DNA of 63,079 bases, the filler included, from Octopus bimaculoides (taxonomy: Eukaryota), in assembly GCF_001194135.2 (NCBI RefSeq). It is 4 parts of 3 records of this genome, joined end to end, with 100 filler letters (N's around TTAATTAATTAA, not from the genome) between each part and the next. Parts side by side here need not be neighbours in the genome. Positions count along the whole stretch, not along the records: positions 20,394 to 46,341 come from NC_068994.1; positions 46,442 to 58,130 come from NC_068982.1; 2 more parts are not named here. One strand, given 5' to 3'. The translations under genes and the position numbers were made by a program. Numbering within the stretch: position 1 is the stretch's first letter; every line of letters begins with the position of its first letter. The notes below the pieces were generated by a model, which had not been told where the DNA came from, did not search any database, and saw only the letters and a list, made by a program, of their open reading frames with translations. Below, piece by piece: positions 41,473 through 54,553 of the stretch.

Positions 41473-42149
41473 ATATCCAAAAAGAACCATGATCTAAAGC
41501 ATAAGAGCAGTAACGTATTTATATGCTGTTATGTATATGTCTGGTCATAGACTGACCAATGGTTTTACATCCATAAAGTGCTTAGCTTTATGAATGACTT
41601 GTCTGACTCTAATGGCAAAAGCCATATAGTTCTTCAAATGGAGGAGGTAGAATTCCATTACGGCCAGTTAGTAAATAAAGAATAAACAATCTGGGCTGGC
41701 AAGGACGGGTTATCTCCCTTAAACCAGTTCAATTGGTAGCCCATATAGGTTAATACAGGGAACAGGGAACTCTGTCCTTAGGTTGCTTTTAGCTCAAAAG
41801 GGCTTTTGCAGATCTAATCGATGAATGGGGAATCCCATGCTTGCAGCAGGTAGCGTTTGAAATGAATGCAGGAGCTATAAATCTCATGTTGGCAATTTAA
41901 TAATCCTGGTTCCAGGGAATCTCTGAGGATCCTTGCTCACACAGCTATGCAAAGCTTGCAGCATTGACTCCCATTGATATAGGATCCCAGCCGTCTCTAT
42001 GATCCCTGTTCCTGAGCCTATGCTGGATGCACACAAAGTTAGATGGTACTGTGAAGTGTTGAGAACACATTAGCCATTTAGAAAATCTGCATTTCTAATA
42101 TAAGATCAGTTGTCTTGCCTTTATCTTGCAACTAACTATATTGTGTGAA

Positions 42150-42920
42150 ACTGACAGACTGGGTCTGAAATGCTCACAATAAGACGATCCTGTTTTAGTA
42201 AAGCATCCATGTAAAGCAAGTAAGATTGTGACACTTAGAGAGAAGAATTGAGTATATGAGGCATAAGCTGTAGCGTGCAGGAGAGAAGACTGTTCATGGA
42301 TGAAGACAACAGTATCAAGAGGTGCTGATCTCAAATTGTGGAAAGAGTATGTGGACGGGGTAGACTTGAGAACATGTGGGACAAAGTGGTGAGAAAGGAC
42401 CTTCAAATTTTGGACCCTACAGAGGAGATGAAAGAGGCCAAGACTTCTGGTGGTTTGCTGTGCTTGAGAAGACAATGTCAAGCTAACTAAAATAATGGCT
42501 GTCCATACATACAGGTATGTCCTCTACATCCCTCTCTCAGCTGTGAGGTCCTAGCTTTGTAGGTTCATGGGTGCCTCTGCTAGATAAAAGCACCTATTCT
42601 GGTACCATGTAAATGCACTTGTGCCAGTGCCACATTAGGGCATCTGTGCCAGTGCCATAAAAAAAGTACCTGTGCTGCTGTTATGTAAAAGTTCCTGAGC
42701 CAGTGTCATGTGAAAGTACCTAGTACACTTGTTAAAGTAGTTGGTATTAGAAAGGGTATCCAGCCATAGAAACCATACCAAAACAGACAAAATGGAACCC
42801 AAGCAGCTCTCCAGCTGGTCCTCTCCTGTCATGCCATCAAACCCATGCCAGCATGGAGAACAGATGATGATGGTGGTGGTAATGATGATGGTGGTGGTGA
42901 TGATGATGATCATCATCATA
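42150..42920 (+). mobile_element. RTE LINE 3' end: ORF2 C-terminus, 3' UTR and (ATG)n tail
   Basis: LREELSI*GISCSVQERRL..MDED..IKRC...VVRKDLQILDPTEEM...LEKT matches the RTE ORF2 end and is followed by the same UTR and tail as the other copies. Confidence 0.82.
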
Positions 42921-43083
42921 GACATGTTTATATCTAACACATCCATGTACCCTGGAATGTGAAAGGCATTCACTGCAAGAATTTGTCTCAGAAAAATTTC
43001 TCTCAATCGGTGTTGTGTGTAAAAACACACCAAGATGAGCTCCTAGTAATGTCACACACATGCACATGTGTGTATGTGTTTAC

Positions 43084-43119
<36 letters not shown>

Positions 43120-43258
43120 CAGACACACATATGTATGTATATATATATGTGTGTGTATATATATATGTATATATATATTTGTGTATATATGTGTGTGTGT
43201 GTAAATGTCTGTGTATACATTATATATATATATCTGTATTCACAGACGCATAGGCACA

Positions 43259-43323
<65 letters not shown>

Positions 43324-44082
43324 CTGTGTGTGTGTGTATGCATGTGTGTGTACAAGTTATAAAAAATTCTAGTACAAATACAGAGTAGATCAAACGAAAC
43401 AACAAATCAAACTGAATTATAGAATGCCACAACTGAACTGCAAATATAACTCCGTTTCAGATTAAGTCATAAATCTATTAGCTTGTTTACTGAACGATAA
43501 ATAGTTTAATTGGAGAATAGATGTTTATTATCTCAAATAAATGAACTCAAAACCAAAAGACCTTGAAATCAGACCCTCCTGTATGCAGTCGCACATACAC
43601 ACGCATACGTCCTTTCATGCATGTAATTATGAACAGTGACACACAACCGTGCATACATATATATATATATATATGTGGGTGTATGTGTATATGTGTATAT
43701 GTATATATATATATGTATGTATGTATACTGGGAAAAAATGTATACTTGCCTGGATAGCCCTCTGAACATAGAAACAAAAATATGCACGTGCTTAGATGCA
43801 CAAATTCATGTGCATGCGAGTGCACATATACATATATATGTATTTGCAGACATTCAGACATTCAGGCAGTTAAAGGCATACTGAGGTCATACAGGCTCCG
43901 CTGGTGTATACATACAGACAAGACAAACATATACATTTGTTTGGCTAGTCAAACACACTCACACATATACACAGACACAAAAAGCACACGCGTACTTGGA
44001 TATCAGAACATACATACATACATACTTACATAGAGACATAGATACATACATACTTACATACAGACATACATACATGCGTACG

Positions 44083-44166
<84 letters not shown>

Positions 44167-44389
44167 CATACATATATACGCACATACATACACATGCAGA
44201 CAGACAGACATATATTGGTGGTAGCCCAGCATGGCCACAACCTTAGGATTGAAATGTGTGAAAGAATAAAAGAATACATACATACACGCACACATATACA
44301 CACACATACATACATAAATACATACATACATACGAACATACATAGATGCATACATACACATACATACAACCATGCATAGATGCATACAT

Positions 44390-44420
<31 letters not shown>

Positions 44421-45829
44421 TACATACAAACATACATAGATGCATATATACATACACATACACACACCACATACATACAAACATATATAGATGCATACAT
44501 ATACAGACAGACATACGCAAATGTGAATCGATGCATATAAATATATAAAATGACACATTGGTTTGTCTTTAAATACAGACTGGTAAAAATGAAAGTTTTG
44601 CTTGGGCGTAACACCATACATACAGCAAACACAAGACACATACGCATGCTTGGACATCATGCCACATGAACGCACATACACACTTACACTTGAGCATACA
44701 TGCACGTGAATGCATACAATGATACACAAGCTTGCTGGTAATACTGAAAAACAAAAAAGAAAAAAAGATACAGGCTTGCTTGGTGGACGCCCACCTCCAG
44801 CCATCATTCACAGAAATATAGACACAGGCATGTGTTCATTCATGCATGTAAATACATAACAATGAGACACACGGCTTGGTTTTGCTAATACTTAATGCCA
44901 AAAATACACTTTTGCTTGGACATACATATGCATAATAGCAAAACATAGGCACACGCGCGCACACACACACACACACATGCAAACACGCACACTTGCTCGT
45001 GTAACTGAGTGGTCACATAGACATGCACTCACTCACACATATAGACAGACACTCATACATACACATATACATACACACATGCATGCTCACATACATATGC
45101 ACATGCATACACACATACACACATATACATACACACTCAAGTACCTACACACACACACATACACATACAAACATGTACATACACAGACACATATATCCTT
45201 GCACACAAGCACATGTGCACATACTCACACATGCATACACACATACATGCACACATAGAAACACAAACACTGACAGTCACATACACACACGTACACATAC
45301 ATATACTAACACACACAGACACACACATACACACACACACAGACACACACATACACATACATACACTGACATAGACACATGGACACAGACACACACACAC
45401 ACACACATGTGCACATAGATACACTTAAACACATTTCTTTTTTTTTTATTCTGTTTTGGATAATATTTCACCACATTCAAAGTAGATTTTTCTATTTTGT
45501 CAATAATTCTGCGGTTTTAATATTTGTCCTTCTGAAACTAAATGATTTATGATTCTTGTCTTTCGCAACAAAATTACTATTTTGTGTTNNNNNNNNNNNN
45601 NNNNNNNNNNNNNNNNNNNNNNNNNNNNNNNNNNNNNNNNNNNNNNNNNNNNNNNNNNNNNNNNNNNNNNNNNNNNNNNNNNNNNNNNNNNNNNNNNNNN
45701 NNNNNNNNNNNNNNNNNNNNNNNNNNNNNNNNNNNNNNNNNNNNNNNNNNNNNNNNNNNNNNNNNNNNNNNNNNNNNNNNTGATAACTTATTTTTTTGCT
45801 TGTTTTGTTTCCAGTAAACTGATGAACTG

Positions 45830-46270
45830 GTTATTAATCATCATCATCACCATTGTCATCACTGTCCTAATCGCCGTCGTCATCATCATCATTATCCTCC
45901 TCCTCCTCCTCATCATCATCAGCATTATCATCATCATCATCATCATCGTCATACTCGTTATTGTTTACGTTGCTGTAGTTGTCGTCATTGTTGTCATTGT
46001 CGTTGGTTTCGTCATCGTTATCATCATCATCTTCATCATCATTACCATCATTGTCATTGTCATTATCATCGTCATGTTCTTCCTCATCATCATCATCATC
46101 ACTACCATTATCATCACCACTACCACCTCCACCATCACAACCACCATCACCACTGTCATCATCATCATCAGCATCATCAACATCATCATCATCATCATCA
46201 CTATCATCATCATCACTATCATCAGTGACATCACCCCCACCACCACCACCACCACCACCATCACTAGTAG
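45830..46270. repeat. Degenerate (ATC/ACC/GTC)n trinucleotide tract, about 440 bp
   Basis: Visible directly; gives poly-Ile, poly-Ser and poly-Met ORFs. Confidence 0.9.
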
Positions 46271-46613
46271 CTCTGTATCAATAAAATGGATTATAGTTCA
46301 TTGTTTTAATATAACGCATGTGAAGGTGTTTATCTCTGGTTNNNNNNNNNNNNNNNNNNNNNNNNNNNNNNNNNNNNNNNNNNNNTTAATTAATTAANNN
46401 NNNNNNNNNNNNNNNNNNNNNNNNNNNNNNNNNNNNNNNNNCAACACGTTCGTGTACACTTGGTCATAGGAAGATCTTTCCTCACCGCAGGGTTTTCTTA
46501 CATGGAAGCAAGCACGAACGTAATACATATCATTGCTGACACGATTACTTTACTGAATGCTGCTTGATATGTATATGTGTATATATGCGTATACACACAT
46601 ACGTTCAGATAAC

Positions 46614-46689
<76 letters not shown>

Positions 46690-46773
46690 GTGTGNNNNNN
46701 NNNNNNNNNNNNNNNNNNNNNNNNNNNNNNNNNNNNNNNNNNNNNNNNNNNNNNNNNNNNNNNNNNNNNNNNN

Positions 46774-46814
<41 letters not shown>

Positions 46815-47428
46815 TTTCACACAGACACATAGAGAAGTACACACGTTGAAATATCCTGTAATAAAATCATTTATTAAGTAGTTACGACCATCTAGCTTTT
46901 ACTGAAGGAAGCAAATATTTCAGTTTGCAATATCTAGAAAATTCTTAAAAATTCTAATTTCACCATAACTTTTATTAAAATATCGGATTCATGATTCTTT
47001 TATAATTAAAGATTTCAACTACAGAAAAGTAGCTTTAATTCACTGCGAGATAGCGAATTTTAATATTGAGTGATTGTTAAAGTTTTCTCTTTGTATTTTA
47101 TCTCTCTCTGGTGCACTTCATTGCATTACTTTCTACAGACATATCAGTAAAAATATTTCTTCAAATTATAAGTTTAATTTAGCGTTAACCAAATTATATT
47201 GATTCCACTATCTTTTAATAATTGAAAATATAGTGGTTTTGAGGAAATAAAAAGCCGAAGAAGAATAGTGGTTATATTTTACTTAGATGAATTGTATTCT
47301 GCATAAAGTTATTTCACTTTCTTTACGAAATGTATTTTCTCCGACTACGCTTTTTTATAATTTTCTGAAAAATAGATATTTTGTAATGAAAACTTCTACA
47401 ACTATGCAGAATTATGTACCTCAAGATT

Positions 47429-47740
47429 TATCATCATCATCATCATTATCATCATCATCATCATTATCATCATCATCATCATCATCACCACCACCATCAT
47501 CACCATCTTCATCATCACCATCATCACCATCATCATCATCATCATCTTCATCATCATCATCATCATCTTCATCATTATCATCATCATCATCGTTTAACGT
47601 CCGTTTTTTTATGCAGGCATGAAATAGATGGTTTGACCAGAGCTAGCAAGTCGGAGATCTGTACTATTCGTCAGTCTGATTTGGCATGGTTTTTACGTCT
47701 GTTAGCCCTTCATAAACCCAACCGTGTTATAGAGTGTGCT
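47429..47740 (-). mobile_element. RTE 3' end with an expanded (CAT)n tail
   Basis: (CAT/CAC)n 47429-47592 runs straight into CGTTTAACGTCCG, the reverse complement of the RTE terminus. Confidence 0.78.
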
Positions 47741-49023
47741 GGGCTCTTTTAATGTTGTACCGCACGAGCAATATTATGTGGCACAGGCACAATTGCTGTT
47801 TACGTGGAACCTGCACATGACTCTTGCAGGTCAAGCATTTTCTACCATTGAGGAAGAAGAGACAAATGGCAGCTGGGAGATAGCAGAAATGAAAAGAAAA
47901 AGAAGAGAACACATGTTGTAAAGAATTACCCCTAACCCGCCCCACTCTTCCCCAACCACTCTTCACAGACACCAGCCCTCCCCATGCCTAGTCTGACAAA
48001 AAAGAAAAAAAAAAAGGAAATGCAAAGATGTGGATTAAATGTTGTTAATGAATTGTATTAAGTGAAAAAAACGTATATGCCCTGGTTGCAAATGGTAATA
48101 CAAACGGTGTAGAAATAACTGTTTAAAAAAAAAAAAATTTTAATAAATTCTTTTGCAAAGGGTTCAGTGAAGTCACCCGGAGGTAGGGCCGAGCGACTTC
48201 GATCCATCTTTCATTGTATAATTTCATTTCATTTCATTCATTTTGTTTTTTTGTNNNNNNNNNNNNNNNNNNNNNNNNNNNNNNNNNNNNNNNNNNNNNN
48301 NNNNNNNNNNNNNNNNNNNNNNNNNNNNNNNNNNNNNNNNNNNNNNNNNNNNNNNNNNNNNNNNNNNNNNNNNNNNNNNNNNNNNNNNNNNNNNNNNNNN
48401 NNNNNNNNNNNNNNNNNNNNNNNNNNNNNNNNNNNNNNNNNNNNNNNNNNGAGTTGTCATTTTTTATTGTGAAAACTGTTAATTATTGTAAACTGTTGTT
48501 GAAAATTTATTGTTGAAAATTGTTTTCAGGAACTGTTGCCTGTTTGCAGGCTGTGTTGTAAAGTTTTATTACTCGGTATTCCGGGGAACTGTGAAAATTT
48601 CTGTATCCATTTAGTAATTGTTTATTCATGGATTCATCAACGGAGTGCATTTGTTAATTTAGCCTTTGTAGGCACTGTTGAACTGCGCCTCACTCCCAAA
48701 CGGGGGTGAGATTTCAATAGTTGTTCCTATAACGAGGAATATATTTTTTTGAAATGAGGAAAAAGGGGGAAACTTGAAGGAAAAAAAAAACTGTATTCAG
48801 CCGTTGTAGGCTCTTTATTTGAGCTACGCCCTTCCCCCTGACAGGGGTGGGATTTTAACTTACATTCATTATATAAGAAAACCTTTGGAACTGTGTAGGG
48901 AAACCTACGTAGTTTTTCGTGTGTTTCTTACTAATTTATCCCAACTTAAATGTCGGTTGAGATAATTAGAGAAAATGCTCTCTCTAAAAGTGTAATGCTT
49001 TGGACACTAACTAGCCTCCAAAA

Positions 49024-49880
49024 ATGGTTACCAAAGGCTTTGCGGCAGTCACCGCTGTACAAACAAAAAAATCTGGAAATCCCATTTGGGGACCTTCAGG
49101 AAATGTTTCAAAGAGGGCGATGAAAAATATCGCCTCTCACTACCGCAACAGAAGGAAAAAAAAAAGAACCATTGTTTTTAAAACGTTTTATCCAGAGGAA
49201 AATAAAGCTGGCACATATTGACCAGATTGAAATCGAAAAATATCTTGCTCCTATCTGGAATGGCATTACTTATGTTACAAGAGGAAGAAAATTCGGCACA
49301 ATAGAAGCCAAGTTAAGGACGATAGAGAAGGCCCGCGATCACTCTGTCAGCCTGTTAAAAATAAATGAAGTGGTGCTTCTGCCGACATATATGGAGCGGC
49401 GCACGTCCCGTGTCAATGTGACAGAAATATCGCCGGAAATAGATGTCGTGTGGGTGATGGCCACTCTGTTATTTAACAGAGAAGGCAAAATTAACATTTT
49501 GCAAGTGACACACTCTGCCCCCCACCCCAAACCTGGTTCTGGCAGAGTATCGAGGCCATCATTCAAGCGGCACTGGAAGACCTTAGAAAGGATTCCCGAC
49601 AGAGTGCTCGTGGGTGAGGACGTGGTCCAGAAAATTCAAGTGGAAAGGAAAAAACTAGATGTTTTAAATGTAGCCGAAAAGGGCACATATAGGCCGATTG
49701 TGACTCGGAAAAAACAGAAGAAAAGGCCCGTACAACAGTGGATACACATTCACCCGGCCCCTCACACACCCCATAACTGGCCCGAAATCCACGCATATAC
49801 CAACCCTTACACTAGCAAAAACACCCACTCCCCAACGGCTGTGCCCACACAAGTCCCCCCCCCCCCAAAAAAAAAATGAA
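49024..49880 (+). pseudogene. Tx1-like ORF1 (gag-like) remnant with a CCHC zinc knuckle
   Basis: Frameshifted ORFs 49024-49221 and 49172-49879. A shifted frame at 49660-49701 reads CFKCSRKGHI*ADC (CX2CX4HX4C). Confidence 0.75.
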
Positions 49881-50439
49881 CTCCAAAAGCCCCAGCCCAC
49901 ACATACACCAGTCCCGACAACAACAAAAATACCCACTCATTTAACGCCGAGGGCACCTGATAGTAAAAGTGTAACGCCCCCTGATGAAACCATGTAGGCA
50001 ATCGAGGGGGAGTTCACTGCGGTACAATACTCGGCTAAAAGACTATTGCCCCCATCCCCATCCTCATACCTGACAAAATCAGAAAACCATGGATTACAGA
50101 CAAGGAAAATAACCCCGCTAAACCGTTCCAGAAAATCCAGGGGCTAAAAGGATTTTGGTCGAATTCGACCCAAAGGACAAACATACAAACGATGTGATTG
50201 CGTCTCACCACACTACATTATTATTTCCAAAACATAAGAACTATCCTAGACAATGTGCTTAGATAAGAGAAATGTTATTAAAAGGTCAGAAGGGGAGGCA
50301 TCCAAAAGCCATTTTTAGGCTAAAAAAACCTTCCAAGATACCTAAGGAAAGAAAAAAAAGAGGGACCTCCTTACGAGACGTGAGGTCGGCCCCTACATCG
50401 CGAACGAAAAAGTAAGTAGAACCTTTACTTTTTCTTCAA

Positions 50440-53400
50440 CTGACAACAATTAACCTTGGTTGTTTAAATGTGTGAGGTCGAATCTCGAAGTGGAAGCATG
50501 CATGTTTCCTCGACGACCTCAGATCACTTGATACACATGTGACGGTTGCTACAGAAACCAAGCTGGATAGGCTACAAAGCTTCTCGTCTCTCCTGAATGG
50601 CTATGAGAAAATCACATCTCCTGGCCAGACTGGAGGTCGAGGGGGTGTAGTAGTCCTTGCCCGAAAAGGCTTTGCAGACAAGTACAATTTTTGTGACACT
50701 GAAGGTGGGCTGGTCGTCCTTGGCCTGACATAAAACAACAAGACTTTCAGGTTGATCGGTATTTACGTGCCTTGTACAAGAAGGCAGCTAACTGATTACT
50801 ACTGGCGCCTAGATAACTTTCTCTTGACGTCCAAGACATTAGTTGTGTTAGAAGAGTACAATGCTATCTTGGATGCACGCCTAGATAGCTGTGACTCGAC
50901 TGGAAGGTGTGTTAACTCACGCCTCATCAATCTCCTTAAGCGATTTCAGCTAGCAAACCGATACAGACTTGAGCCCCCGAGCGTCCCACTGTGGCCTTTA
51001 TGAAGGGCGACGGAAAGCTCAGGTCTTACATAGACAGGATATTTATAAGGATTAGAGATAAATCTAGCTTAAGCTGTCTACAGTTTGTTCAAGTCACCTA
51101 CACTGACCATAAAATGGCTAAGTGCAGGCTGAACATAGTTAGTGTCCATAGGCAGGGGTCCGGCTACTGGAAGCTAAACAAGTCTTATTTGGCTTGTGAG
51201 GCATACCGTAACCGGATTAAGGAGTTAGTGAAAAGGGTATTAACCGGCACTGTGGTGAATAACCGGTGGTAGTTTGCCCTAAAAAGAGTCATACGTTTTA
51301 AGTCCATTAGATTTAGCCGTCAATTAAGTTTAGATAAGGCCAGAATAAAAGAGAACCTACTTAAGGCTTTAGAAGAGGAGTTGAGATTGGGCTCTGTATC
51401 CCAAATTCTGACAGTGAGAATGGCCTTGGACCGTCACCTTAAAGCCAAACATGAGGGATACAATGTTCGGCTAAAGTACGTTCAATGAATTGCGAGGGAA
51501 TTAATATTGATAGGTGGGCTCGTACGTTAGAGATCCAGCGTGGTAACGATGCCGTAATCAGGTCTTTTATTGACGAAATTGAACGTTTGGTCAAAGGACA
51601 GGAGGGGATATGTGAGTCACTTTTGAGGCACTTCACCGAGTTGTTAGGGAGGAGTGGGACGCTAGACCATGGTGAGGCCCTACGGGACTTCTTGGCTGGT
51701 GGCCTGCGTCTCACGACACGAGAAGCTGAGTGCTGTGAGGGGCTAATTACAGCTGCGGAGGTGATCGAGGCGCTAACCGAGTGCCCCGGGGACAAATCGC
51801 CGGGTCTTGTTCGTCTACCCTATGAGATTTACAAAAGCATGCCAGACTTGTTCGGGTACCTACTGTCCAGCGTCTACGCCAACTGGGAGAAGAATGGGAG
51901 ATCTGCCAGCCGTGGGGTGGTGACGTTGAGCAAGGGGGATATCATAAGTAGTTTTCGGCCCATAACTCTGCTAAACACAGAGTTAAAGATTTTGGCCAAG
52001 GTGTTAGCAAAAAGGTTGGCACGTGTCTAGGACAGATTTGTTGGGGAGGCGCAAACTTGCGCTATCCTAGGCAGGACAATCACGACAATCTCCATCTTAT
52101 ACGTTACTCCTTGAGAGGGTTGGTAAAATATCTGGCAAAAGTGCGGCACTGGTACATTTAGACCAGTCTAAAGCATTTGATAGGGTCGACCATCGGTACC
52201 TGTCGGCGGTCCTCGGGGAGGCCGGGTTGGGCCCAACTTTCCGCGGTTGTATTGCTGCTTTGAACAGCAACATCGAGTCTATCGTCCGAGTGAACGTTTT
52301 TTTTTTCAAAACCGTTGAAGATGGAACAATCAATATGCCAGGAATGTCCCCTGTCACCGCTTTTGTATGTATTGGTTCTTGAGCCATTGCTGCAGACGTT
52401 GGAGGCGTTAGGTAGCGTACCGAATGATCTGTGGTGTGGAAGGCGGGGTCGCTGTTTATGCGGATGGCATCTCCATCATCTTGTCCGAGAAGAGCAACTT
52501 CCTGATGTGGAAAACGCCATCAAGGGATACGAGGCGGTGACAGGAGCAAATGTTAACCAGGACAACTCGGTGAGCTTGCAACTCGGTAGCTGGTGGTGGT
52601 GGGGGGCAAGTCGATGTCGTCCACTAACATAGTGGGGCGTTGAATGGAAGGTCTGGTTAAGGCCAGACCTCTAGATGGAGAAGAATTGGGGATCACGATC
52701 AGGGTGACTGCTTTAACCCAGACTTGGTCTTGGCGGGCGTTATCTTTGCTAGGTAGGGGCGGAAGTGGCGTAGATGTTCACAGCATCCATTATCACCTAC
52801 CGCCTGACCGTTGTGCCTTGTCCTGATTTGTGGCTGAGCAAGTTGGAAATAATCTTTTATCGCTTTTTGTGGGAGGGAGGAAAGCCACTTGTGAAGTGCA
52901 ATGTCTACTGCCAAATACTGATAATGGGTGGGCTAGGGATGCCTTGGCTGAGGATGCGAAAATTCGCGTTAGGGTTGAGGTACCTCTGACTTTACCTGGA
53001 TGAGGAGCAGGTGTTCTACCTTCAACAGTTGACGTCCTTAACGGACATTGGTCCATGGATCAAACAAAGACCTAAGCTGGGGGATTGGCAATTGGAGTGC
53101 CGTTAGTCACTCCAGCTACTCTCTCGGGCGGGCAATACCAGCTACAGGAGTTCCACCGTGGATTTCTATTGTGGGTTAGTGGAATTTATGTCAGACGATG
53201 TCCCGAGGGAGACTCTGGGTTTCGATAGAAATCAGTTAATCAGGAGAACTTTCAGGCCGGGGTATCATGATAGTCACCAGAAATCCCTGGCTTGGCAGTG
53301 CTACTGTCCAGCTTTGCCAGTTCGAGACAAGCTATCAAGGCACAGAAGTGCCCGAGGTGTGGGCGGGATAAAGAAATTGCCTTGTACGCCTTCGTGGAGT

Positions 53401-53780
53401 GTTCGGAACTATCGGGACTTTTGTCGAGGAACTGTTGCCAACGAAGGGAAGAGTACAGCTATTGGCTGAGTCTATCTATTAACAAAATTGTGCCACCTCC
53501 TTCCTTTAACAAGAAAAGGAAGGCTTCCTTTTCCTGCGTAGTAGCCATACTGAAAGAAACAGTATGGAAGACGCGTGCAAGAGGCTTAGTGACGGGTACC
53601 GTCGTCTCCGGGCAGGGGTTGGTTAACTTCTTTAGTTACAACCTCGATAGCAATATCAGGCTAGAGAAGTGATACCTGTCACAGGATGTGTCCACGAAAA
53701 GATGGAAGCAAGTAGTGAACAAGCTGCGAGTGACTGGAACCAGGCAAGTGGGGCCAGAAGGAAAAGTAAAGGTTCGAACC
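50440..53780 (+). pseudogene. Tx1-like ORF2 (APE + RT), disrupted
   Basis: GCLNV*G, ATETKL, RSYIDRIF, YTDHK, YWKLN, KSPG..RLPYEIYK, FRPITLLNTELKILAKVLAKRL, LDQSKAFDRVDH, QECPLSPLLYVL, YADG; many stops and frameshifts. Confidence 0.92.
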
Positions 53781-54394
53781 TGGTGGTTGGATACATTTCC
53801 TTCAGTCACACATTGCAAAATTTGCAATGATCAAGTTTATACAGAAAATTTAAAAGAGGGGAAAAAATAATTTTTAACAGCCTGACATATTTTATCATTC
53901 GGAACTGTTTCATTCGAAATAAGCAACTTCTTAACCCTCTATGTTTGTCTTTTGGAAGGGGGTGGGGTACAATATTCGGAAATTCCACTTAAATTCCTCT
54001 TAACTTCCAGGAAAATGAATATTTTTTCATGAAATTTTGTACAATTGTACCTTGATGTATGTACATTTCAAGCATGTAGGAATTTTGAAGGAAACAACTG
54101 CAGGTTATTTTTGAGAAGTGTTCCCCACTCGGTGGTGTTTCGGAGCAAGTCGTCCATATTTGTTTCATTTTTCTCTATTATGTGCTTATGTGCATCCTTA
54201 GATTTCTAATGAAGTAATAGGCAGTGAAGAGAAGCAGTCATCAGAAAACTTTTAACTACCCCTATTCCTTTCTCTCCCCCTCTCTACCTCTTCCTCTCTC
54301 GCTCTCTCAAAAGCATACACGTGCAAGTACACAATCATTCAGTAAAATATAACTCATGTTCGTCAATGTTTTCTAAATTTACCACGATTTTCAC

Positions 54395-54553
54395 TAGGGT
54401 GTTAGGGTTAGGGTTAGGGTTTTAGGGTCAGGATTAGGATTTAGGATTAATGTTACGGTTACAGTTTTTAGGGTCAGGGTTAGGGTTTAGGGTTAGGGTT
54501 TAGGGTTAGTGTTAGGGTTAGTGTTAGGATTAGGTTTAGGATTAGGGTTGGGT
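54395..54553 (+). repeat. Degenerate interstitial telomere-like (TTAGGG/TTTAGGG)n tract
   Basis: GTTAGGGTTAGGGTTAGGGTTTTAGGGTCAGG...GGGTTAGGGTTTAGGGTTAGGG visible directly. Confidence 0.9.

Larger units (their letters stand above)
48950..53800 (+). mobile_element. Near full-length, decayed L1-clade (Tx1-like) LINE
   Basis: ORF1 remnant, APE endonuclease, YWKLNKSYL motif and RT motifs in collinear order. The 5' and 3' ends are not precisely defined. Confidence 0.92.

Noticed and set aside
45549-46397. Poly-Ile hydrophobic ORF resembling a membrane protein
   Set aside because: Trinucleotide repeat, open in several frames, no splice signals.
46500-46561. Minus-strand hydrophobic segment AFSKVIVSAMICITFVLAS ending at a GTAAGA donor
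   Set aside because: Weak acceptor and no partner exon; cannot be supported.
47414-47752. Poly-His ORF
   Set aside because: It is the expanded (CAT)n tail of an RTE fragment.
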